Position numbers and translations under genes: made by a program | In this document: in pieces, positions 17,613-26,165 of the stretch | Layout of the letters: every line of letters begins with the position of its first letter | How positions within the stretch are numbered: the first letter of the stretch is position 1 | NCBI GenBank assembly: GCA_016185635.1 | Contig: JACPNF010000077.1 | Coordinates: forward strand, 1-43,174 | Length of the DNA stretch: 43,174 bases | Source: Candidatus Woesearchaeota archaeon | GTDB taxonomy: Archaea > Nanobdellota > Nanobdellia > SCGC-AAA011-G17 > JACPIM01 | Direction: 5' to 3' | The notes under the pieces: generated by a model | What the model was told of the DNA's origin: nothing | What the model saw: the letters and a program-made list of their open reading frames with translations, nothing else | Databases searched by the model: none

Positions 17613-17613
17613 T

Positions 17614-18144
17614 TTATTTCTTAGCTAAGCTTTTTTGTTCATTAGTTTTGCTCAAACTTTTCTCATTAGTTTTGCTGAAGCTTTTCTCAAAAGGCTTCTT
17701 TTTAAAAAGCTTATTTTCCTCCAAAAATAATTTTATGTGCCTCTTGCTTCTGAAAACATTTCCTTTTATCATTGTGTAAATTTCCCTGTTAGTCTGGGTT
17801 GTGATTAATTTCTTTTCTTTTAATAATCTTAAAAACCCTCTTTGTACCCGTACTTTCTGGATCCATCTTCTTTTCCTGGTTAGTCTTGCATGTCTTGTAC
17901 CTTTTCTTGACCCAGGCCCCTTTCTTTTTCCTTTTCTTTTCTGCAACCTTATTTTATTAGCCCTGTAAGAAGATATTCCGTGTTTCTGTTTTAATGAAAT
18001 TGCACCCATACCAATAAGCCTTCTTATGTCTGATTTTGTTATTGCCTCTTTTATTTCATTTAATCTTGCAACATCAAACTTAACTCTGTCTAATCCGCAC
18101 TTGAGAACCTTAGCTGCAATCCTTTTTTGTGTTTTCAGTTTCAT
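17614..18144 (-). CDS. rpl19e: 50S ribosomal protein eL19 with repeat-derived tail
   Basis: MKLKTQKRIAAKVLKCGLDRVKFD...; the tail is KKKPFEKSFSKTNEKSLSKTNEQKSLAKK. Confidence 0.9.
   Translation of the reverse strand: MKLKTQKRIAAKVLKCGLDRVKFDVARLNEIKEAITKSDIRRLIGMGAISLKQKHGISSYRANKIRLQKRKGKRKGPGSRKGTRHARLTRKRRWIQKVRVQRGFLRLLKEKKLITTQTNREIYTMIKGNVFRSKRHIKLFLEENKLFKKKPFEKSFSKTNEKSLSKTNEQKSLAKK
17637..17700. repeat. copy R3 of repeat family (inside eL19 tail)
   Basis: A 24-nt module followed by GAAGCTTTT-CTC-AAAAGGCTTC (17677-17698). Confidence 0.8.
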
Positions 18145-18710
18145 GCTTTTCCTTCCAGTACTCTTCTTTTCTCTTCTTGTTCTCTCTTTTTCTTTTCTTC
18201 ATCTGTTTCTTTTATCTCTTCCTTTGGTTTTGCTTTTTCTTTCTCGCTTTCTTTTTGGGTTTTTTGCTTTTTCTTTTCTTCTTTTTCTTTCTTTCTTGCC
18301 TCAAAATTATCTGTGAATTTCTTTATTGCTTTTTCCAGGTCATTGAAATTAAACATTTTTAGTTTTTTCTCTTTGATTTTTTTTAAAATCTCTATTTTTT
18401 TTCTTGCTCCCAAATTTCCATTTAAAACAATTAAGTCATCTTTCCCGATAATATCAAGGTCCTTTAAGTTTCTCACAAAAACAAAATTTAATCCTTCTCT
18501 GCTAAGTCCTCTTACTTTGCTAGGCGAACCGTATCCTGGGCTTATATGCGCTCCTTTTCCTCTCCTTCTTGCCCTTAATTTTGAGTCCAGTCCTTTTGGT
18601 TTTCTCCATTTTTCATTTAATCCCTTCAGGAACCAGTCCTGCCTTCGGAATTTAGGCTTGTTGCTCTTCATTTCATTTCTCAGTTCCACAAGTTCTTTTT
18701 CAGTTCTCAT
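18141..18710 (-). CDS. rpl32e: 50S ribosomal protein eL32 with K/E-rich C-terminal extension
   Basis: KPKFRRQDWFL...WRKPKGLDSK.R....GKGAHISPGYGSP..VRGL, and operon position. Confidence 0.85.
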   Translation of the reverse strand: MRTEKELVELRNEMKSNKPKFRRQDWFLKGLNEKWRKPKGLDSKLRARRRGKGAHISPGYGSPSKVRGLSREGLNFVFVRNLKDLDIIGKDDLIVLNGNLGARKKIEILKKIKEKKLKMFNFNDLEKAIKKFTDNFEARKKEKEEKKKQKTQKESEKEKAKPKEEIKETDEEKKKREQEEKRRVLEGKA

Positions 18711-18711
18711 T

Positions 18712-19260
18712 TTATCTTATTTTTTCTCCATCTTTCTCTATGAAAAAGCAGCCATCCTGAAATCTTCTTCTGTCCTTTCCTGTAATCCTTGTAGCTTGTT
18801 CTATATTTGCACCTGATTGTGATGTCTTTTCTTTGTCAGCACCGTCAACAGTGATAATATCCCCATCTATCTTTACATTTACTCCGTCATAAATCCTGGC
18901 TGTTCTTGGAATTTTCTCGCCAAGGAAATTTTTTATTGTGACTTTATTTTTTTCAGCAACAACAGTCATTGGAAAATGGCTTGAGCATATCTTTAATTTA
19001 TAGATATAACCTAAATTAACGCCTTTAATCATGTTTCTGAAATGAGATAAAAAAGAATTAAGAAGTTTTTTTTGTGACCTTAAATCACCGCTAATTGAAA
19101 AAAGAACTTTGTTGCCTTCTTTTTTAATTTGCAACCCTGTATTCTCAAAAGACTTGGTTGACTCTCCGATTTTTCCTTTTGCTTTGATTATAAAATCATC
19201 TATTGAAACCTCAGTTCCTTCAGGAACTTCAATAAAATCTTTAAGATGCTTTTCTGCCAT
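18712..19260 (-). CDS. rpl6: 50S ribosomal protein uL6
   Basis: 182 aa with two uL6-type repeats (IEVPEGTEVSIDD..., ...VNVKIDGDIITVDG), following rps8. Confidence 0.9.
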   Translation of the reverse strand: MAEKHLKDFIEVPEGTEVSIDDFIIKAKGKIGESTKSFENTGLQIKKEGNKVLFSISGDLRSQKKLLNSFLSHFRNMIKGVNLGYIYKLKICSSHFPMTVVAEKNKVTIKNFLGEKIPRTARIYDGVNVKIDGDIITVDGADKEKTSQSGANIEQATRITGKDRRRFQDGCFFIEKDGEKIR

Positions 19261-19261
19261 T

Positions 19262-19332
19262 TTAGTTTTTTCTCGTTAGTTTTGTTCAAACTTTTCTCAA
19301 AAGTTTGTGATGGAGCTTTTTTTAAGAGCTTC
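19262..19332. repeat. copy R4 of repeat family (rps8-rpl6 spacer)
   Basis: TTAGTTTTGTTCAAACTTTTCTCA is identical to part of R2. It contains the palindrome AAACTTTT-CTC-AAAAGTTT and shares GTGATGGAG with R2. Confidence 0.7.
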
Positions 19333-19334
19333 CT

Positions 19335-19724
19335 TTAATAAAAATACATTAATAATCTTCCTCCGATGTTTTTCTCCTTCGCTTCTGCCTGGGTCAATAC
19401 TCCCTGTGAAGTTGAGATTACTAAAAAGCCGAAGTCCTTTCCAGGAAGATATCTTTTTTCAAATTTTTCGTACTCATTCTTCTTGACATTATACCTTGGT
19501 TTTATTGCACCACACCTATTCAAGGTTCCAAGCAAGTTTACCTTAAATGTTCCTCCCCTTCCTTCTTCAAATGTAACCTCTCCAATATACCCTTTGTCTT
19601 TCATTATCTGCAGTACTGTTTTTATGATATTTGACACAGGACTGACTAAGCAGAATTCCTTTCCAATTTTTGCAGCATTATAAATATTGGATAATGCATT
19701 AGCCAATAGATCGTTGTTTGTCAT
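19335..19724 (-). CDS. rps8: 30S ribosomal protein uS8
   Basis: DLLANALSNIYNAAKIGKEFCLVSPVSNIIKTVLQIMKDKGYIGE. Confidence 0.95.
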   Translation of the reverse strand: MTNNDLLANALSNIYNAAKIGKEFCLVSPVSNIIKTVLQIMKDKGYIGEVTFEEGRGGTFKVNLLGTLNRCGAIKPRYNVKKNEYEKFEKRYLPGKDFGFLVISTSQGVLTQAEAKEKNIGGRLLMYFY

Positions 19725-19955
19725 TTAGCTGTATTTTTTGAAGCCTATGCTCGGTGCTACCTCTCTGAAGCATTGTCTGCATAGGTTTAGCCCATATTTT
19801 CCTACATGAGCTCCTGTCCTCCCGCACAATCTGCATTTTTTATGAATTTCGCCGACGCTCCTTTCCTTTGGAGCATTATGTTTTATGAATTTCTTTAGTT
19901 TTGCAGGCTTGTTCTTCAATTGCTTGAACACTTTTTTATAATCTTTTGTAGTCAT
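19725..19955 (-). CDS. rps14: 30S ribosomal protein uS14 (zinc-type)
   Basis: [25 protein letters not shown] (CxxC...CxxC), between rpl5 and rps8. Confidence 0.85.
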   Translation of the reverse strand: MTTKDYKKVFKQLKNKPAKLKKFIKHNAPKERSVGEIHKKCRLCGRTGAHVGKYGLNLCRQCFREVAPSIGFKKYS

Positions 19956-19957
19956 TT

Positions 19958-20464
19958 TTAGTTTACCTCAAAATTATACTTTTGCTTGATGAAATTAATT
20001 GCTTCTTCCTTTGAAATTGAATGCTCTTTTGGAACAGTTCTTTTTCTGTTTCTTCTTCTTTTTATCCTGAATCCAGGTCTTTCCAATGTTACTGCGACAT
20101 CAAATCCTATAATTCCTATGCTTGCGTCATATTCTATTCCATTTACATCAAGGTATTCAGGAATTCCAAATGAAAAGTTTCCGAATTTGTCAAATTTTAA
20201 TTTATTAATTTTTTCTGCTCCTGCTACCAGAAGTCTTTTTAACAGCTCATCTGCTTTTTCTCCTCTAAGAGTTACCTTGCACCCTACTTGCAGTCCTGGC
20301 CTTATGTCCCATGTAGGTATTCTTTTTTTGGTTATGGTACTTACTACTTTCATCCCAGTTATCTTGTTTAATAGCTTCATTGCTTTCTCAAGCTTCTCTC
20401 CAGGTCCGCCAGTACCTATGTTAAGCGTGATTTTCTCTATCCTTATTTCTTTCATTTTGTTCAT
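19958..20464 (-). CDS. rpl5: 50S ribosomal protein uL5
   Basis: [22 protein letters not shown]..., and operon position. Confidence 0.95.
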   Translation of the reverse strand: MNKMKEIRIEKITLNIGTGGPGEKLEKAMKLLNKITGMKVVSTITKKRIPTWDIRPGLQVGCKVTLRGEKADELLKRLLVAGAEKINKLKFDKFGNFSFGIPEYLDVNGIEYDASIGIIGFDVAVTLERPGFRIKRRRNRKRTVPKEHSISKEEAINFIKQKYNFEVN

Positions 20465-21138
20465 TTTTCAATTTCAATTACATAAGCATAGTCAGCTAAA
20501 GTTTCATATGCCTTATTGCTAAGTTTAAATGCAATAACATCTTTTGTAGGTCCGATAAACTTTTTTACATCAGTTAAAATTGCTTTAGACCCAGCATGTT
20601 TTCCACCAATAAGATAAATTGCAGCACCTTTCTCAAGCTTAAGATGTTTCATAATTTTATTGTCTTTTATTACTACAGAATCGCTGACATTATAGTCCCC
20701 TTTAGGAGTTAATATATTCTTTCCACCATAAAGATTTAGCTGCATTTTATTTTTCTTCAAAATCTTTTTTCCTATTATTTTGTAAGTTTTTTCTTCAGCT
20801 TCCTCTTTGCTTATTTCAACTAAACTTAATTTTCCAAGATTATTATGCAGTATCCTATAATGCTTGTTCAAAAGAAGTATAGAAATACTGTCCATTATTC
20901 CTGCACTAAATCCAAAATCTTTTCTTATCTGATTGTTTACTAAAAAATTTCCTGCATTAAGTATTATCTTGATCTGCCTTTTTGTCTTGGCTAAATTAAG
21001 AATTTCTCTTAGTATAACTCCAATAGGCATTCCCTCATCCAGCTTGTGCACTCCCGGATTTGGTTTTGTTACAAATTTTGTAGTCTTTCTCTGAATAGGC
21101 CAAGTTTTTGGTGCATTGATTCTTTTTAAGTGGCTCAT
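20461..21138 (-). CDS. rps4e: 30S ribosomal protein eS4
   Basis: MSHLKRINAPKTWPIQRKTTKFVTKPNPGVHKL. Confidence 0.9.
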   Translation of the reverse strand: MSHLKRINAPKTWPIQRKTTKFVTKPNPGVHKLDEGMPIGVILREILNLAKTKRQIKIILNAGNFLVNNQIRKDFGFSAGIMDSISILLLNKHYRILHNNLGKLSLVEISKEEAEEKTYKIIGKKILKKNKMQLNLYGGKNILTPKGDYNVSDSVVIKDNKIMKHLKLEKGAAIYLIGGKHAGSKAILTDVKKFIGPTKDVIAFKLSNKAYETLADYAYVIEIEK

Positions 21139-21139
21139 T

Positions 21140-21613
21140 TTATTTTTTTCCTGAAGGCTTTTCTAAGTTTTTGCCGAAGCTTTTTTCAAAAATGCTTCTT
21201 TCTGAATTTTTCCCTGAAGGATTTTTTTCAAAAAGGCTTCTTTCTATTGCCTTTTTCCTTTCTTTGTCTTTTAAATCTAATTCTTTTATCATTAAATTTG
21301 ACGGATGTATTGGATAAAATGCTTTTGTGCCATCTTTCTTTAGCATTTCAGCTCCCTCAACATAAACTTTTATTTTTTTATAGCTTACTGAACTTACATT
21401 CCCTGTTTTTCCCTTGAACTGTCCTCTCATTATCTTTACGCTGTCTCCTTTTCTAACTGGAAAATTTCTTATCTTGTATTTTTTCATAAGTTCCTCAGAC
21501 AAATGGCTTGACATGAACTTGTTTCTCGTGTGCAAAGGAGCATTATACACATATTTCCTTTGTTTTCTTGGCTGCTTGCTTGCCTTCCATTTATTTGAAA
21601 ATTTAGTTCTCAT
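21140..21613 (-). CDS. rpl24: 50S ribosomal protein uL24 with repeat-derived tail
   Basis: KQPRKQRKYVYNAPLHTRNKFMSSHLS..L..KY..RNFPVRKGDSVKIMRGQFKGKTG; the tail is ERSLFEKNPSGKNSERSIFEKSFGKNLEKPSGKK. Confidence 0.9.
   Translation of the reverse strand: MRTKFSNKWKASKQPRKQRKYVYNAPLHTRNKFMSSHLSEELMKKYKIRNFPVRKGDSVKIMRGQFKGKTGNVSSVSYKKIKVYVEGAEMLKKDGTKAFYPIHPSNLMIKELDLKDKERKKAIERSLFEKNPSGKNSERSIFEKSFGKNLEKPSGKK
21143..21243. repeat. copy R5 of repeat family (two tandem degenerate units in uL24 tail)
   Basis: TTTTTTTCCTGAAGGCTTTTCTAAG...GAAGCTTTTTTCAAAAATGCTTC followed by TTTTTCCCTGAAGGATTTTTTTCAAAAAGGCTTC. Confidence 0.7.
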
Positions 21614-22038
21614 TCAGCACTTCCTTTTAGGATTTTTTCACATTCTTCTACACCTTTATCGTAAGTTTCCACAATATAATCCTTTAAAGCATCTAAGTGG
21701 GGATAAAGTTGGATATTAAATAATATGGGAAAAAAGTTTTCCGGATCTAATAAAGCGAAATATACTCTATCTTTTTGTACTTTTGCCCCAGCACCTAATA
21801 TATAACCTGTTTTGACAAGGTCTCCTTCTCCTGCAGTAGTTTTAGCCATACCCAAAAGTTCTTTCAGTTTACAAAGCTCAGCAAAAAAAGTTTCAAACCT
21901 GCAAGCCCCTAATCTTTCTTTTACAGTTTCAAGAGGAATATTTTTAGCTGACAAAAAACTTTCCAAGTCTTTTAATTCATCTTCTCTTCCTTTGCCAAAT
22001 CTTAAATCAATTACCATTTTATACAAGTATATCTGCAA
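21610..22038 (-). CDS. hypothetical protein inserted between rpl14 and rpl24
   Basis: 142-aa ORF (alternative start MVIDL at 22017). Its stop overlaps the rpl24 start by 4 nt and its start overlaps the rpl14 end. No motif recognised. Confidence 0.55.
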   Translation of the reverse strand: MQIYLYKMVIDLRFGKGREDELKDLESFLSAKNIPLETVKERLGACRFETFFAELCKLKELLGMAKTTAGEGDLVKTGYILGAGAKVQKDRVYFALLDPENFFPILFNIQLYPHLDALKDYIVETYDKGVEECEKILKGSAE

Positions 22039-22426
22039 CCTTTGCGATTGCAGGCCATCTTTCAGCTACCTCCTTAGCTATAGCTCCCTTGAACATAGTT
22101 CCTTTTGGAGTTCCCTTGTCATCTTTTAATATTACAACAGCATTGTCAGCAAATTTTATTCTTATTCCGTCCTTTCTTCTGTACTCTTTTCTCTGCCTTA
22201 CTATCACTGCAGGTACAACCTGTTTTCTCATTGCGCTGTCTCCTTTTACAACAGATACCAAAACTAAGTCGCCTAATCCGCATCTTGGTTTTCTTCCCCT
22301 TACTGTCTTGCTTCCGCTTCCCTTTACAGATACAATCCTGACTACTTTAGCTCCTGAATTATCGCAGGTTTCAACCTCGCTTCCGTGATTCAGTCCCTTT
22401 GTTATTCTTGCTTTAAGAGCTTTCAT
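22019..22426 (-). CDS. rpl14: 50S ribosomal protein uL14
   Basis: GLNHGSEVETCDNSGAKVVRIVSV...GDLVLVSVVKG. Confidence 0.95.
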   Translation of the reverse strand: MKALKARITKGLNHGSEVETCDNSGAKVVRIVSVKGSGSKTVRGRKPRCGLGDLVLVSVVKGDSAMRKQVVPAVIVRQRKEYRRKDGIRIKFADNAVVILKDDKGTPKGTMFKGAIAKEVAERWPAIAKVADILV

Positions 22427-22748
22427 TTTCGATTACCACAAAATTTTTCATTTTTGATATTGGCCTGCATTCCATGACCTTTACAACATCTCCAATCTTG
22501 ATGTTTATGCATGGCGGATTATGCACATGTATTCTTGTCTTTCTTTTCTCGAATCTTTCATATTTTGGAAGATAAAATTGCCTGAAAAATTCAAGGCTTG
22601 CAGTTTTTGCTCCACTTAATTTTATTATGGTTCCTGAAAACATTCTTCCCTTTACTTTAAACCCTTTATGGAAAGGGCAGTGAACATCCTCGCATGCTTT
22701 TGCAGGCTCCTTTACTTCTACTCCCAATTTATATTTTTGTTCTTTCAT
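22413..22748 (-). CDS. rps17: 30S ribosomal protein uS17
   Basis: CEDVHCPFHKGFKVKGRMFSGTIIK...IHVHNPPCINIKIGDVVKVMECRPISK. Confidence 0.9.
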   Translation of the reverse strand: MKEQKYKLGVEVKEPAKACEDVHCPFHKGFKVKGRMFSGTIIKLSGAKTASLEFFRQFYLPKYERFEKRKTRIHVHNPPCINIKIGDVVKVMECRPISKMKNFVVIENESS

Positions 22749-23005
22749 TTTTTTAACCTGTCTTCAGGCCTCCCAAGCAAAAGATCTCCATTTACTTTTA
22801 TTTCATTTCCTTTGTAATGGATTTTTAATACAACCTGATCCTTTAGTATTGTTTTCATTTCTTCCTTTTCATTTTTTATCACTAAAGTATTTTTAGTTTC
22901 ATCTACTATAACTCCCTTCATTCCGATAAGGTTCTTGTTCTTTGCTTCTAAAACTTCCATTTTCAATCCTATCATTTCAGTCTTCAAAAAATCTTTTAAG
23001 TTCAT
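22745..23005 (-). CDS. rnp1: RNase P protein component 1 (Rpp29/Pop4)
   Basis: IGLKMEVLEAKNKNLIGMKGVIVDETKNTLVI...LLGRPEDRLKK, at the conserved position before rps17. Confidence 0.75.
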   Translation of the reverse strand: MNLKDFLKTEMIGLKMEVLEAKNKNLIGMKGVIVDETKNTLVIKNEKEEMKTILKDQVVLKIHYKGNEIKVNGDLLLGRPEDRLKK

Positions 23006-23008
23006 TTT

Positions 23009-23335
23009 TTAACGTCTTCTTACTTCAATAGACTCTGGTGAAAAACCAAGCTTGATCAGTTCTTCCCTTGTTTTTTCTGAGTGATCCCCCTGCAGCTCTA
23101 TGTTTTCTTCCTTTACTGTTCCGCCGCATGCAAACTTTGACTTTAGCTTTTTTGCCAGGTCTTTAAGGTTTATTTCCTTTTTGTTTATCCCTGAAACAAC
23201 TGTTATTAATTTGCCAAATTTTCTTTTGTCAACATTTATTGTTATCCTCTGGCTTTCCTTTGCAATTGTCTGGCAAACACACAAATCTCTTGGTAAACCG
23301 CACTTTGGACAGACCTCAGTCATTATTTTTAGCAA
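23009..23335 (-). CDS. translation initiation factor aIF1 (SUI1)
   Basis: [14 protein letters not shown]...[19 protein letters not shown]...[28 protein letters not shown]. The likely start is MTEV at 23323. Confidence 0.85.
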   Translation of the reverse strand: MLKIMTEVCPKCGLPRDLCVCQTIAKESQRITINVDKRKFGKLITVVSGINKKEINLKDLAKKLKSKFACGGTVKEENIELQGDHSEKTREELIKLGFSPESIEVRRR

Positions 23336-23546
23336 CCTCCTGGGTTTTTTGTATTTTACCCTGCTTTGAATTTAATATTGTTAATATTTTTGCAATTGTT
23401 TTTTTAGTATTTTTAATCAGGGCTGGTTTTTCTAAGGTAGTTCCTCTTGCCCTTTTTGAATTAAGTATTATAAGCTCTTTTCTTAAGTCAAGTATTTTAG
23501 TCTTTAATTTCTCTTGATCCATTTTCTTCAGTTCTTCAAACTTCAT
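23316..23546 (-). CDS. rpl29: 50S ribosomal protein uL29
   Basis: 76 aa with L..K..DLRKEL..L....A.G..LEKP..IK..KK.IA.ILT, following rps3. Confidence 0.85.
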   Translation of the reverse strand: MKFEELKKMDQEKLKTKILDLRKELIILNSKRARGTTLEKPALIKNTKKTIAKILTILNSKQGKIQKTQEVAKNND

Positions 23547-24418
23547 TCTTCTTTAGCCTTATCCTCATTAGTTTCTTGTATTTCTTCTTTTACAAGTTCT
23601 TGTATTTCTTCTTTTGCAGTTTCTTTTTCCACTTCTGTTTCTTTTGCTTCTTCACTTGGTGCAGGTTCTTTTGCTTCGGCTTTCTTTTTTCTTTTTTTAG
23701 TTTCCTTTTTTTCAGAGTCTTTTGGTGCTTCCACTTCTAAGGAAAGCTCTGCTGCAATTTTCTCTGCTTCTTCTTTTACCTCAACTTTTTTTCCTGTTTC
23801 TTTTTCAATTAGGTTCATTTCATTATCTAAAATTAATATCTTGTCTGGCAGAACAATATCAGGAGTCATTATGCTGACCTTGATGCCTATGGTTCCAGAC
23901 TTTAAGTTGGCAGTAGATACAGCCCTCTTGACTTCATTTTGTGAGATATATCCTGATTTTTTCAAATGCCCGGCTGAAAATCTCCATGATCTTGCCCTTG
24001 CGCTTGGAACTTTTCCAGATATAACAATTTCAGCACCCAATGCTCCGCTGTCAAGAATCTGCTGTAAAGTTTTATACCCTACTGATTTAAATCTTTTTGA
24101 TCCGAACCTTACTAATGTGGAAGATATTCTGTCAGCAACATAATTTGCGTCAATCATTGGATTAATTAATTCTCCAATCTCTATCTGTGGATTTTCAACA
24201 TTAAATCTCTTGTTCAAAACAGTAGTTAATTGCTTGATATTTTCTCCTTTCCTTCCTACAACAAGGCCTGGTCTTGTCGTGTATATAATTACCTTTTCAC
24301 CCAAAGGAGTTCTTTGTATTTCAGTATGAGAATATCCAGTACCAACCAGCTTTGACTTTATGTATTCCTGAATCTGGTATTCCTTTACTTTCTGGTTTAC
24401 AAACTGCCTTTCAATCAT
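23543..24418 (-). CDS. rps3: 30S ribosomal protein uS3 with K/E-rich C-terminal extension of about 85 aa
   Basis: MIERQFVNQKVKEYQIQEYIKSKL...RTPLGEKVIIYTTRPGLVVGRKGENI (KH domain). The tail contains the KEEIQE tandem. Confidence 0.95.
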   Translation of the reverse strand: MIERQFVNQKVKEYQIQEYIKSKLVGTGYSHTEIQRTPLGEKVIIYTTRPGLVVGRKGENIKQLTTVLNKRFNVENPQIEIGELINPMIDANYVADRISSTLVRFGSKRFKSVGYKTLQQILDSGALGAEIVISGKVPSARARSWRFSAGHLKKSGYISQNEVKRAVSTANLKSGTIGIKVSIMTPDIVLPDKILILDNEMNLIEKETGKKVEVKEEAEKIAAELSLEVEAPKDSEKKETKKRKKKAEAKEPAPSEEAKETEVEKETAKEEIQELVKEEIQETNEDKAKEE

Positions 24419-25248
24419 CTTGTTTTCTCCAAAATTTTTGCATGGCGTACCCCGAGGTCAGCATTCAAGTATGAAGGATTGCCACTACAAAGCAGATAAA
24501 CCCCACCAACATTAACAACAAACCCAACAGCTCTTCCTTCTTTTGGTCTCCAATAATATAAATTTCCTTTTTTCACATTTTTTCTTGGCAGTCTTTGAGG
24601 CGTAGGATTATTTAAAAAATCATCTAAATTTATTCCTGGAAGCCTGTCTTCCATTAATGTATCTGAACCTAAAGGTTCAGTAACCTTAACTAATCCTCCT
24701 TTGGAATTAAACCTAGAACAAGTAACTTGAAGATTTCTCTTGCTGTCTAAAGAATACATGTCTTCAAACCATTCTGCTCTCCAAGGACTTTTTGGTTTTG
24801 CAACATCATTAAATTCCATTTCTAATCTTTTTTTATTTATTTTTTTTCCGTTTCCATTGTAAACTTTTATTTTTCCTTCTGAGCCATCCCTTAATGTTCT
24901 TAAAAATTCAACACCAATATAAAGAGGAAGAGTAAAACCTCCAAAACCTGAATTAATTGCTATTGCCTGTTCATGGTTTATAGTTCCAATAAATCCTTGC
25001 TCATTATCTCTTAAGTTTAAGCCCAATTCCTCTTGAATTGTACTGATTAAAGGAGAAAAACACAATCTCCTTAATCCAACCCCTATATCAACTTGATGGG
25101 AATCATTTGCTGGTAAAAGAACATAATTTTCTGGAGCTTCTGCTTCTTTTATTTCTTCATATTCTCTCTTTAGGTTTTTTAATTTTGTAGAAATCCACTT
25201 ATGTACTCTTGGATTTTCTTCAGATAATCTATCTAAATCTATGTTCAT
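24415..25248 (-). CDS. hypothetical protein, paralog 1 of ribosomal-operon insert family
   Basis: 277-aa ORF between rpl22 and rps3 with 4-nt overlaps at both ends. Its C-terminal half aligns with 26166-26990 (TLMEDR..GI..DD...NP....LPRKNVK.G.LYYW.P.EG...GF......L.C.GNP....ADLGVR.AKIL). Confidence 0.7.
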   Translation of the reverse strand: MNIDLDRLSEENPRVHKWISTKLKNLKREYEEIKEAEAPENYVLLPANDSHQVDIGVGLRRLCFSPLISTIQEELGLNLRDNEQGFIGTINHEQAIAINSGFGGFTLPLYIGVEFLRTLRDGSEGKIKVYNGNGKKINKKRLEMEFNDVAKPKSPWRAEWFEDMYSLDSKRNLQVTCSRFNSKGGLVKVTEPLGSDTLMEDRLPGINLDDFLNNPTPQRLPRKNVKKGNLYYWRPKEGRAVGFVVNVGGVYLLCSGNPSYLNADLGVRHAKILEKTR

Positions 25249-25766
25249 TTTTTAATTTCATTCTCCTCAGTTTTTGCAGGAACATTTTCTTTGTTAGCTT
25301 TCTCAGTTTTGTTGAAGCTCTTCTCACCAGTTTTTTCCTGAAGGTTTTTTTTCAAAAAAGCTTCCTTTGCAAAAATTTCTACGCAGCTTCTTTTCATTAC
25401 TCTCCCCCTGTGCCTGCTGTAATGCCATGCTTTTGGACCTTTGTTTGCAATTACTTTGTCAATAACTAATCCTTCCGCATTTAATCCAATGTTTTTTGCA
25501 TTTGCTTCAAGTGTATTCAACAAGCCTACAAAATACTTTGAAGCTTTTACAGGATAAAACCCAGGTCCAATTTTTCCTTTTTTATGTCCTCTTTTGTGCT
25601 TGAATCTCTTTAAAGGTATGACAAATTTTTGGTCCATTACAGATGTTAGTATGCTTTTTGCTTTTGCAACATCTTTTCCCTTGATAAAGCTGCATATTTC
25701 AATTGCGTGCTTTGTCGAAATAGGCATGTCGTTTCCCTTCACTCTTGCAATTGTTTTATCTGTCAT
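25245..25766 (-). CDS. rpl22: 50S ribosomal protein uL22 with repeat-derived tail
   Basis: ARVKGNDMPISTKHAIEICSFIKGKDVAKAKSIL...; the tail is KEAFLKKNLQEKTGEKSFNKTEKANKEN.... Confidence 0.9.
   Translation of the reverse strand: MTDKTIARVKGNDMPISTKHAIEICSFIKGKDVAKAKSILTSVMDQKFVIPLKRFKHKRGHKKGKIGPGFYPVKASKYFVGLLNTLEANAKNIGLNAEGLVIDKVIANKGPKAWHYSRHRGRVMKRSCVEIFAKEAFLKKNLQEKTGEKSFNKTEKANKENVPAKTEENEIKK
25293..25366. repeat. copy R6 of repeat family (inside uL22 tail)
   Basis: TCAGTTTTGTTGAAGCTCTTCTC...TTTTTTCCTGAAGGTTTTTTTTCAAAAAAGCTTCC. Confidence 0.65.
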
Positions 25767-25768
25767 GT

Positions 25769-26164
25769 TTATTTCTTTGTTGTGGCAGCACTTGATTTTG
25801 TAGCTCCTACACCTGGAGCAGAGTGCTGTACTTTTCTCCTTGTTAAAGTAAATTCGCCTAAATAATGTCCGAGCATTTCAACAGTCATTATAATAGGAAC
25901 AAAATCCTTTCCAGTATGGACAAAAATAGTAGTGCCAAGCATTTCAGGAACTACAATCATGTCCCTGCAGTGGGTCTTTATATTTTTCTTGATGGATCCT
26001 TCATTATATTTTTTAATTTTTGCAAGAAGTTTTTTGTGCTGTTCAGTAAGCCCTCTTTTCAATGATCTCCTTTGCCGTGCATTTGTTAATTTCATATAGT
26101 CAGCTGTACTAATTCCTGCAAACTCTTTCTCAGTTTTTCCCTTGAATAATGATTCTTTTGCCAT
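25769..26164 (-). CDS. rps19: 30S ribosomal protein uS19
   Basis: KTHCRDMIVVPEMLGTTIFVHTGKDFVPIIMTVEMLGHYLGEFTLTRRKVQHSAPGVGAT. Confidence 0.95.
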   Translation of the reverse strand: MAKESLFKGKTEKEFAGISTADYMKLTNARQRRSLKRGLTEQHKKLLAKIKKYNEGSIKKNIKTHCRDMIVVPEMLGTTIFVHTGKDFVPIIMTVEMLGHYLGEFTLTRRKVQHSAPGVGATKSSAATTKK

Positions 26165-26165
26165 T

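Noticed and set aside
18127-18816. 229-aa plus-strand ORF (with 18026-18316 and 18129-18362) rich in F/S/L
   Set aside because: It is antisense to rpl19e and rpl32e. It is the mirror image of their purine-rich K/E codons, has low-complexity composition, and competes with confidently identified ribosomal genes.
23514-24143. 209-aa plus-strand ORF
   Set aside because: It is antisense to rps3 and its K/E-rich tail, with S/F/A low-complexity composition. It is an artefact of strand-asymmetric composition.
12168-25366. Whether the short tandem modules in the ribosomal-protein tails could be a CRISPR array
   Set aside because: There are only 1-2 adjacent units per locus, no regular repeat-spacer periodicity, they lie inside coding frames, and there are no cas genes in the window.
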